Source: Clostridia bacterium (GTDB taxonomy: Bacteria > Bacillota > Clostridia > Oscillospirales > CAG-272). Taken from it: a stretch of DNA of 64,000 nucleotides. The position numbers and the translations under genes were made by a program. This document shows positions 46,057-53,574 of the stretch, one piece after another (the stretch's first letter is position 1; every line of letters starts with the position of its first letter). The notes below the pieces were generated by a model that was given only the letters and a program-made list of their open reading frames with translations, was not told the DNA's origin and ran no database searches. Location: assembly GCA_017631325.1 (NCBI GenBank), contig JAGBTM010000045.1, forward strand, positions 71,348-135,347, read 5' to 3'.

Positions 46057-49000
46057 TTAGCCTTTTGTGGGAGCCGAGGCATTCTTATCAAGAGAAGGAA
46101 GGCCGAACTCCTCACGCTTACGAGAAATTTCAGAGTTGATAGCATCGATGTAGTCCATCATAGCGTCGTGAGGCTTAGCACCCTCGTTGTATACGTCGAG
46201 GAATGCAAACTTCATGTATCTTGCATAGATGTACGAGCCGGGATAGTTTACGATAGCATCAAGGTGATCCATCTGATTTCTGATCGCAGCCTTTTCGTTT
46301 GCGGTCCAAGAGAGGTCCTCGATTGCGTTGATGTTTGCGGTTTCATACTTTGCAGCAGGTCCGATGAGGGCTACTATTCTGTTACCGTAGTTAGACTGAA
46401 CATCGGCACTGGTCTGCCACTGTGTAAACTGCCAGGAAGGAAGAAGATCCTGATCTCCGCCGTCAAGACAGCTTCTGAGAATAATGGTTGCGGTTACCGT
46501 TGCAAGAGAGTCGTAGTTGTAAGCGCCGGTATCCTTGTCAAAGGAGCCGGGGATAGACGAGAACTCCCAAAGTCCCGAAATATCGGTTGCATAGATAACG
46601 AGAGTGTTGTATACGGTTGCGTAATCACCTACGGTGATAGGCATCTCACCGGTTCTGAAACGGTTCGCTATATCGAAGGATACAGGGAACGAGTAGTCGG
46701 TGTAAAGACGGCATACGAAGTCGAACGCCTCAAGTGCTATATCGGAGTCAAGGTCGATTTTCGCGCCTGCCCACTTGGAGTCGTACTTCGACTGGTCGGT
46801 GTACTTCCACATGCTGCCGCCCATCTGATACATCATGAAGTCAAGCGCCAGAACGTAGGTTACACCGATGTCCATGTTGTTTGCCTGAAGAACGGGAAGT
46901 ATCTCAAGCAGCTGGTCCCAGGTCTCAGGAACCTCTTGGTTAAGCTCTGCGAGAATGTCCATACGGTAGAACATCATCGGGAAGCCCATCGTCATCGGGA
47001 TACCGTAGGTAACGTCTGCGTTTTCCTTGCCCTCGTTGAGAGGAGAATATATCGTAAGGGTCTTCATCGCGGCAGGAGCAAACTGGCCGTCAATAGCTGC
47101 CTCGAACTTGTTGGATACGAGCGTAAGTCCCTGCGCAGCCGCATCGGCATCGGAAAGAGGCTCTGCGTACTTGTACGTCTTGCCACTTGCGTCCTTATAT
47201 ATGTAGTTAGAGAATACCGCATTCTGCTCGTCGGTAAGATAGGGGTCGTTACCGCTGACGCCGATTATCGCCTCACGAATTGCGTAGTTGATAACTTCAG
47301 CCGCGCCAAATCCGAGGTAAACGTCGGGGCCCTTACCAGAAAGGATAGATGGAAGAAGCGTACCGCCGGTTACGAGCTTAAGCGAAACTGCCGTGCCGTA
47401 TCTATCGGTAAAGCCGCCCTCAGCGTCGAGCATTGAACGCCATATCTGCGACTGGTCACGACCGGAAGCAAGCCATACATCGATGCTGTGAACGCCCTCC
47501 TCGGGAAGCGAGGTAACACCCATCTGGTTGTAGTCGGTGAAGAACGAATATATGAAAGAGCATATCTCGAACCAAATAGACTGGAAGAAATTAGCTGATG
47601 CGTATGGAATCTGTTCGGTAGTATTTACAGGAACGATGCAAATACTATCTACCATCATAGTACCCTGCTTGGAGCTGTTAATCCAAGTACCGAGAGTACC
47701 GAGGTAGGACTTAAAGGTAGAAAGGTTTGCGGCAATTTCCTTACCGTAATTCTTACCCATCGTGTTAAGAAGACGCGCGACGGTGTCAAGAGTGGAGATG
47801 TGCGCACCGTTGGTACCGCACTCGCGCTCAAGCTCGTCTGCTATCTCGGTGAGGTTGATAGCCTCCTTAATAAGAGTAACGAGCACGCCGGGAAGCTGCT
47901 TTTCGAACATGTAGTCCTGGTTTGCGTCAGCGTCCGCACCGGTGTACTGAATTATCTTAAGGTATGCTTCGTTGAGATTAGCAAGAGTGGATTCAACCTT
48001 CTGAATGTGCTCCTTGAGGTCACCGAGAGCGCACTCTACGTGGAGTGTGTACTCAACTCCTGCCTCAAAATAGAACTGATAATCGGTCTTTTCCTTTACG
48101 GGATTGCCGTTTCCGTCATACACGGGGTTGCCGGCCTCATCGTACTTCTGAACATAGCCACTGATTTTTGTCGACTGCCAGTTGCTATCGTAGTCGAAGC
48201 GTGCGTTTTCAGCCTCCTTGAAGGGAGAGGTGGGTGTGCCGTTAAGACCGTACTCACCGCCTGCGAGCTTAAAGGAACGGCAGATGAACATACCCTGAAG
48301 GGCGTTCTGCTTGTAACGCATCGAGAGATTATACATTCCCGACTGGTTGACGGTAAACTTATAGGTTGCCCACTGGCCGATAGCATCGTATCCCGTCTCG
48401 CCAATTACGTTAAAGAGCTGCGCGTTGGGAGCAATAGGATAGGTGATAGCCGAAGTGTTATCGTTGCTTGCAGAAACCGAAGCGTCGGATACGGAATCCG
48501 GGAACTCTGCCTCGATAACGGTAATCGAGCCACCTGCCGCGCTCTTGCCGGAGTGAAGCTCAAGGTAATCTCTGTACGAAATTACGTCGGAGCCGCCATC
48601 TTCTGCAGGAACGAACTCTATCGACTTGATAATAACAGGCTCACGCTCTGCCTCAAGAGTGATAGTGTGCGTACCCTCTGCAAGATAGAACTTGAAGTTG
48701 CCCTCGGTGTAGCCTGCTTTGTCAGCGCATATGTAGGTGGACCACTCGGACGACTCCTCGGCCAAGGGGGCCATAGAGTTACCGTTGATGTCCTGCTCTA
48801 TCGTATAGGTAGTGACAACCTGCATAAGCTTGCCACTCGCTGCATCGGAGTAGACCTCGGTTACGTATTTGTTATAATGACCTCTGGTGCCCTTCACAAC
48901 GTCTGCGGGTATGTACTCGTAGGTTACGGTGGTGCCAACGGTAGCGCCTGCAGGTGCCTCAGTGGGTTCGCTGTCGCTATAGTTGTTATAGGACCAGTGC

Positions 49001-49557
49001 TTATCAAGAGTCAAGCTGCTGACCTCGGAGAACGGAATCTTTCCGTCGATGAGAAGCTTACGCTGTATAGCGCTGACGCTACTCTCGGACGTCTGGCAGT
49101 TGTAATACTCAATCTTGAGGAAGTAAAGGCCGACCTCCTCATTAGTCACTGTGAAATTCCACGATACAGAAGATGCCTTCTTGTCGTTGTTGATAGTCGT
49201 GAGATAAACGGAGCTGTTCGCGTTGTCACCAAAGCCACCCCAAGCCGAAGCGTTATTTTCGAGCGCCTCGAGGTAATAGGGGCTATCCACAGTGATGTAA
49301 GCGTCGCCGTTGTTTTCGATAAAATTCGTCACGTCAATGAATTTCGACACAAGTCCGTCAGGGTTGACAAACTCAGCGTAATCCTCAATGTACTCTGCAT
49401 ACGACGAGGTGCCGACGAGGGCTTTCATTTCCTCAAGCGTAGAAGAGGTGCTCGCTTCCTTGTACTGACCTGCCGAAGCGCCGACAGTAAAGGTCGCAAG
49501 AATGAACGTAACAGAAAGAATCAAACACACAACTTTCTGAAACAGGGTTCTTTTCAT
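46057..49557 (-). CDS. Giant (1166 aa) secreted fusion: ~600-aa N-terminal beta-sandwich/CBM-like modules + helical linker + family-1-type solute-binding domain
   Basis: Signal peptide 'MKRTLFQKVVCLILSVTFILATFTVGASA'. Two similar modules end in 'YFLKIEYYN...' and 'YNLSMRYKQ...'. The C-terminal ~500 aa carry SBP features: 'IDVWLASGRDQSQIW', 'GKGPDVYLG' and 'IPMTMGFPMMFYRMDIL'. Confidence 0.82.
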   Translation of the reverse strand: MKRTLFQKVVCLILSVTFILATFTVGASAGQYKEASTSSTLEEMKALVGTSSYAEYIEDYAEFVNPDGLVSKFIDVTNFIENNGDAYITVDSPYYLEALENNASAWGGFGDNANSSVYLTTINNDKKASSVSWNFTVTNEEVGLYFLKIEYYNCQTSESSVSAIQRKLLIDGKIPFSEVSSLTLDKHWSYNNYSDSEPTEAPAGATVGTTVTYEYIPADVVKGTRGHYNKYVTEVYSDAASGKLMQVVTTYTIEQDINGNSMAPLAEESSEWSTYICADKAGYTEGNFKFYLAEGTHTITLEAEREPVIIKSIEFVPAEDGGSDVISYRDYLELHSGKSAAGGSITVIEAEFPDSVSDASVSASNDNTSAITYPIAPNAQLFNVIGETGYDAIGQWATYKFTVNQSGMYNLSMRYKQNALQGMFICRSFKLAGGEYGLNGTPTSPFKEAENARFDYDSNWQSTKISGYVQKYDEAGNPVYDGNGNPVKEKTDYQFYFEAGVEYTLHVECALGDLKEHIQKVESTLANLNEAYLKIIQYTGADADANQDYMFEKQLPGVLVTLIKEAINLTEIADELERECGTNGAHISTLDTVARLLNTMGKNYGKEIAANLSTFKSYLGTLGTWINSSKQGTMMVDSICIVPVNTTEQIPYASANFFQSIWFEICSFIYSFFTDYNQMGVTSLPEEGVHSIDVWLASGRDQSQIWRSMLDAEGGFTDRYGTAVSLKLVTGGTLLPSILSGKGPDVYLGFGAAEVINYAIREAIIGVSGNDPYLTDEQNAVFSNYIYKDASGKTYKYAEPLSDADAAAQGLTLVSNKFEAAIDGQFAPAAMKTLTIYSPLNEGKENADVTYGIPMTMGFPMMFYRMDILAELNQEVPETWDQLLEILPVLQANNMDIGVTYVLALDFMMYQMGGSMWKYTDQSKYDSKWAGAKIDLDSDIALEAFDFVCRLYTDYSFPVSFDIANRFRTGEMPITVGDYATVYNTLVIYATDISGLWEFSSIPGSFDKDTGAYNYDSLATVTATIILRSCLDGGDQDLLPSWQFTQWQTSADVQSNYGNRIVALIGPAAKYETANINAIEDLSWTANEKAAIRNQMDHLDAIVNYPGSYIYARYMKFAFLDVYNEGAKPHDAMMDYIDAINSEISRKREEFGLPSLDKNASAPTKG

Positions 49558-49628
49558 TGCTGATTTCCTCCAAAAAACTCTTTCATGTAATGCGCGGCCG
49601 TCCTACCGCGCCAAATTTACACACATGA

Positions 49629-49657
49629 ATTATACCACACACGCAAAAAAATGTCAA
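49629..49657 (-). promoter_or_regulatory. Consensus sigmaA promoter (TTGACA-17-TATAAT) of the seven-gene operon
   Basis: On the minus strand, TTGACA is the complement of 49652-49657, the spacer is 17 nt, and TATAAT is the complement of 49629-49634. The ~65-nt leader carries a GCGCGG/CCGCGC hairpin and a GGAGGA RBS before ATG 49557. Confidence 0.65.
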
Positions 49658-49729
49658 TAGTATATATAATATAATAAGAAATCTTGAACGCCGCATTTGA
49701 GCTCCTGAAGTGAAGCGTCAACTTAAAAT

Positions 49730-49860
49730 GTAAATAGTTATTTACACGATTTTGAAATTATTACGCAAATGATTTGGCAGAAGTAAATAAAAATTACTTT
49801 TTTGCGCCGGTTTTGGTGTTAAAAACAGAAATTTTACGCATATTAGTAAATTAAATTTAC
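49730..49860. promoter_or_regulatory. Array of AT-rich dyads with GTAAAT/ATTTAC half-sites upstream of the operon promoter
   Basis: GTAAATAGTTATTTAC at 49730-49745, AAGTAAATAAAAATTACTT at 49781-49799, and GTAAATTAAATTTAC at 49846-49860. Confidence 0.4.
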
Positions 49861-50213
49861 CTATTTGGTTATATTTTCCAAGGATTTTAGCTTGAAAAAG
49901 CACATTTTGTTTTTTGTATAAATTGCACAAAAATGCCTTGTTTTTTTCTACACGACAATTTTTTAAAAAAACACCCGAAATTGCTCACAAAAATGAGTTT
50001 TCAGGTGTTTTAGTTTGTTTTATTCCTGTTTTAAATTATGTTACTCGACAAATTTTGAGCCTGTTTTGCCCCAATAAATTACTATATATAATAATATAAT
50101 GGAAGAATTTCGACAGAATACCAAGATGAAAAGGCTCACGAAAGCACCCCGTCACCCTTCTGTTTTTTTATTGCCACGCTTATGAAAAACAGACAGAAAT
50201 CGACCAAAATCGA

Positions 50214-51242
50214 TTAGCAAATTATACCCCCAAAGGCTACGCTTTTGTCGATATATGCAACCGCAGACTGTCCAGGCGCCGCCCTGAGCGGTGCATCAAA
50301 TTTAAGACTTATTCTGCCGTCAGAAAGCAGTCTGCATTCTGCCTCTACAAGCGGAGCCGAGTATCTAATTTTGACGCGAGCCTTTATAGGATTTGACAGC
50401 ATTTTAGGAGTTACACCCGAGAAAACGGGGTCGGAAATAAAGATTTCGCTTTTCCCCTTAGGCTCGCCGGAAAGGGTTACGGTGTTATCATCGGGGTTAA
50501 TTTCGGTGACGAACACGCGCGAGCCAAGTGAAATCCCAAGCCCCTTTCTCTGCCCCACCGTATAACGAATTATACCGTTATGAGTGCCGAGAATATTGCC
50601 CTTTTCATCTATAAAATCTCCTTTTTTCGACGGACCTCGCACGCTTTCGATGTATTCTGCGTAATTTCCGTCGGGAAGAAAGCATATTTCCTGACTGTCA
50701 CGACGGTCTGCGGCAGAAAGAGACCTGCTTTTTGCTTCCTTTCGCACGTCGAGCTTCGTCGTATCGCCAAGAGGCAAGACAAGCGTTGATAATATCTTTT
50801 GGGGCAGCCTATATAACATATAGGACTGGTCCTTTTTCGTATCGTCTGCCTGCGAGATGGCGTATCTTTCGCCAAATTGGTCACAAATTTTCGTCACCTT
50901 GGCATAATGTCCCGTAGCAATAGCGTCAAATCCCTCTTTCATAGCAAAATCGTAAAGAAATTTGAACTTAACTCGCTCGTTACAGATAATGCAGGGATTA
51001 GGGGTCCTGGCAGAAAGATACTCGGATACGAAATTTTCCTTTACTATTCTATTAAACTCGTCGGTGGCGTCTATAACGTGAAGCTTTATTGAAAGCTCCT
51101 GCGCCGCAAGGGCTGCCGCATCTATTTCGGTATGCTCGTGCATCAAGAGCACGGCGCCCTCGACACAATGTCCGTCTTGCATAAGCTTCTTTGCGGCATA
51201 GGCGCTGTCTACACCGCCTGAAAGTCCGAGAAGAATTCTCAT
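50214..51242 (-). CDS. mnmA: tRNA 2-thiouridine(34) synthase MnmA
   Basis: PP-loop 'LGLSGGVDSAYAA' and the catalytic Cys context 'NPCIICNERVKF'. Confidence 0.93.
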   Translation of the reverse strand: MRILLGLSGGVDSAYAAKKLMQDGHCVEGAVLLMHEHTEIDAAALAAQELSIKLHVIDATDEFNRIVKENFVSEYLSARTPNPCIICNERVKFKFLYDFAMKEGFDAIATGHYAKVTKICDQFGERYAISQADDTKKDQSYMLYRLPQKILSTLVLPLGDTTKLDVRKEAKSRSLSAADRRDSQEICFLPDGNYAEYIESVRGPSKKGDFIDEKGNILGTHNGIIRYTVGQRKGLGISLGSRVFVTEINPDDNTVTLSGEPKGKSEIFISDPVFSGVTPKMLSNPIKARVKIRYSAPLVEAECRLLSDGRISLKFDAPLRAAPGQSAVAYIDKSVAFGGIIC

Positions 51243-51473
51243 TTTAACACTCCAAAATCGGATTTTTTGTTGCTATTTGCAAACAATGAGTTACATTTTC
51301 CCTTTTTTCGCCTTTTAAAACGATGTGTCCCAAGCTTATCTTTACTCGGGACACGCGTGTTTATTGCATCTGATTTTTTGAAAAAACTCTAAATCCTTCG
51401 GCATCTAAAAAAGATGAAAACGATATTAGAAAAAAGCGGGCCGCACTCGTCCTAAAGACTTATAGGGTTAATT

Positions 51474-51890
51474 TTACTCTTCGTCGTGAGCCTTTTCTAT
51501 CTCAAAATCTATCTCTCTGCCGATTTTGTTGTAATAGTCGGCTACGGCAGTTTTGATAGCCTCCTCAGCAAGCACCGAGCAATGAACCTTAACGGGCGGA
51601 AGTCCCTCGAGAGCCTCAACGACGGCGCTGTTAGTAAGAGCGAGCGCCTCCTTAACGGTGTGTCCCTTTACGAGCTCGGTTGCCATAGACGAGGTTGCAA
51701 TAGCCGCGCCACAGCCAAACGTCTTGAACTTGCAGTCGGTTATAACGTCGTTTTCGTCTATTTTAAGGTACATCTTCATTATGTCACCGCACTTTGCGTT
51801 ACCTACTACGCCAACACCGTCAGCGTTCTCTATCTCTCCGACATTTCTCGGATTTGTGAAATGGTCCATTACCTTTTCGCTGTATTTCAT
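51474..51890 (-). CDS. nifU: Fe-S cluster assembly scaffold NifU/IscU
   Basis: 'MDHFTNPRNVGEIENADGVGVVGNAKCGDIM', 'FGCGAAIATSS' and 'VHCSVLAE' give the three scaffold cysteines. Confidence 0.93.
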   Translation of the reverse strand: MKYSEKVMDHFTNPRNVGEIENADGVGVVGNAKCGDIMKMYLKIDENDVITDCKFKTFGCGAAIATSSMATELVKGHTVKEALALTNSAVVEALEGLPPVKVHCSVLAEEAIKTAVADYYNKIGREIDFEIEKAHDEE

Positions 51891-51904
51891 CTGGTTTTTC
51901 CTCT

Positions 51905-52023
51905 TTACTTTCTGTTGCTTTTCCTGTGTTTTTCAAAATTTTGCTATAATACTCTGTATTTTTTGTGATTTTACTGTGATACTCTGTATTTTTACAATTT
52001 TGCTGTGCTGCTCTGTGTTTTTT
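51905..52023. repeat. 3-4 x ~29-bp degenerate tandem repeat in the nifS-nifU intercistronic space
   Basis: Plus-strand units are AATTTTGCTATAATACTCTGTATTTTTT / GTGATTTTACTGTGATACTCTGTATTTTT / ACAATTTTGCTGTGCTGCTCTGTGTTTTTT, with a weaker copy at 51905-51934. On the mRNA they read as A/C-rich AAAAAYACAGAG... units. Confidence 0.8.
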
Positions 52024-52060
52024 AACGCGTGCTTAAGTCAGGGTCGCTTATGCCGTTTTA

Positions 52061-53248
52061 TTATGCGTTTTTGTTATTTCCTTTTACGACCTCTTCCCAA
52101 AGAGGACTCATATTACGGAGCTTCTCTACTATCGGAGGTAGAGTTTCGATTATATAATCTATATCCTCGTCGGTCGTGTCGTGGGATATGGAAAGACGCA
52201 GAGAGCCGTGTGCACGCTCATGCGGTACGCCCATCGCCAGAAGAACGTGCGAAGGGTCGAGCGATGCAGACGAGCAAGCCGAGCCCGTTGAGGCGCAAAT
52301 GCCGGATATATCAAGCCAAAGGAGCATACTCTCTCCCTCAATGAACTCAAAACCGATATTTGCGTTTCCGGGAAGCCTGTTAGTTCTGTGACCGTTGAGC
52401 TTGGAATAGGGGATTTTGGTAAGCTCGTCGATAAGTCTGTCGCGCATTTTCTCGACACGGGGCAGCTCACAAAGCCTTTTTTCGGCCATCTCAAGCGCTG
52501 CCGCAAGTCCCACGGCAAACGCTACGTTCTCGGTTCCACCGCGACGGCGCTTCTCCTGTCCGCCGCCCTCGATAAGATTATTTATCGACACGCCCTTGCG
52601 GACAAAAAGCGCTCCTATGCCCTTGGGGGCGTGCAGCTTATGTCCCGAAAGCGAGAGCATATCGACGGGGAGAGTGGATAAATCAATTTTTACGTTACCG
52701 ACGGCCTGAACGGCATCGGTGAATACGAGCGCGCCCTTTGAATGCGCTATATCACAAATCTCGCGTATAGGCTCTATTGTGCCAACCTCGTTGTTGGCAT
52801 ACATTATAGCTACGAGAGCCGTTTTTTCATTTACTGCACGCGACAGCTCCTCAAGGTCAACGACACCGTCCGCATCTACGCCTATGCGCGTTACCGTGAA
52901 GCCCTCGCGCTCAAGCGCGTCACAGGTGTGCAAAACGGCGTGATGCTCGATTTTCGAGGTCACGATATGCGTTCTGCCCTTCGCCTTCATTTTTATAGCG
53001 GCGCCGCGTATCGCCCAGTTGTCAGACTCGGTACCGCCCGAGGTGAAATAAATCTCGGAAGCATCACACCCAAGAACTTTCGCTATTCTCTCTCTTGCGC
53101 TATCTAAAATTTCCTTAGCTTCTCTGCCCTTTTGGTGCAGGCTCGAGGGGTTGCCGTAGCACTCCTCAAGGCAAGGAAGCATTTCCTCTATTACCTCACG
53201 GCTGACGGGTGTCGTAGCCGCGTTATCAGCATATACAAATCTTGCCAC
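52061..53248 (-). CDS. nifS: Cysteine desulfurase NifS/IscS-type
   Basis: '[10 protein letters not shown]', PLP-lysine '[10 protein letters not shown]' and active-site 'STGSACSS'. GTG 53248 (AAAGGA RBS) is preferred over the listed TTG 53269. Confidence 0.9.
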   Translation of the reverse strand: MARFVYADNAATTPVSREVIEEMLPCLEECYGNPSSLHQKGREAKEILDSARERIAKVLGCDASEIYFTSGGTESDNWAIRGAAIKMKAKGRTHIVTSKIEHHAVLHTCDALEREGFTVTRIGVDADGVVDLEELSRAVNEKTALVAIMYANNEVGTIEPIREICDIAHSKGALVFTDAVQAVGNVKIDLSTLPVDMLSLSGHKLHAPKGIGALFVRKGVSINNLIEGGGQEKRRRGGTENVAFAVGLAAALEMAEKRLCELPRVEKMRDRLIDELTKIPYSKLNGHRTNRLPGNANIGFEFIEGESMLLWLDISGICASTGSACSSASLDPSHVLLAMGVPHERAHGSLRLSISHDTTDEDIDYIIETLPPIVEKLRNMSPLWEEVVKGNNKNA

Positions 53249-53486
53249 TTTATTTTTCCTTTCAAACAAATCCGTACGCTTTACCTAGACAAGTCGTACG
53301 CGCAAATATATATAACTATTGCCTTGTATATTGTATACCATTTTAGTGTAGATTTCAATAGCTTTATCGTCGCAAAATGTTAATTTTTTATGAACACCCC
53401 TCCTTTGATAGCATTTTTCGCGCTTTCCCGCGTTAAGCTGCTCTACCTAGTTTACAATATTTTAAAAGAATATTTATCTTTTATTA

Positions 53487-53515
53487 TTGATGAGGGGGAC
53501 TTTTGTGGGTAAAAT
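53487..53515 (+). promoter_or_regulatory. Possible sigmaA promoter TTGATG-17-TAAAAT for the M3 peptidase gene
   Basis: TTGATG at 53487-53492, a 17-nt spacer, TAAAAT at 53510-53515, then RBS GGGGGTG and ATG 53575. Confidence 0.35.
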
Positions 53516-53574
53516 ATAAATATATGAATTATTTTACGTGTATTTTGCGCGTGTGTTTTAATGGGGGTGCGTAA

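Noticed and set aside
47800-49563. 587-aa ORF on the plus strand, with a sibling of 422 aa at 46168-47436
   Set aside because: It is the codon-aligned antisense frame of the 1166-aa SBP gene (same phase, coordinate mod 3 = 1). It is stop-free only because the sense gene avoids TTA, CTA and TCA codons. The translation is Val/Leu/Arg/Cys-rich low-information sequence with no RBS, whereas the minus-strand product has a signal peptide and SBP motifs.
49742-50099. Two ~60-aa ORFs in the AT-rich region upstream of the big operon
   Set aside because: They have no RBS, their composition (Lys/Asn/Phe/Ile-rich) is just translated AT-rich DNA, and they overlap each other on opposite strands.
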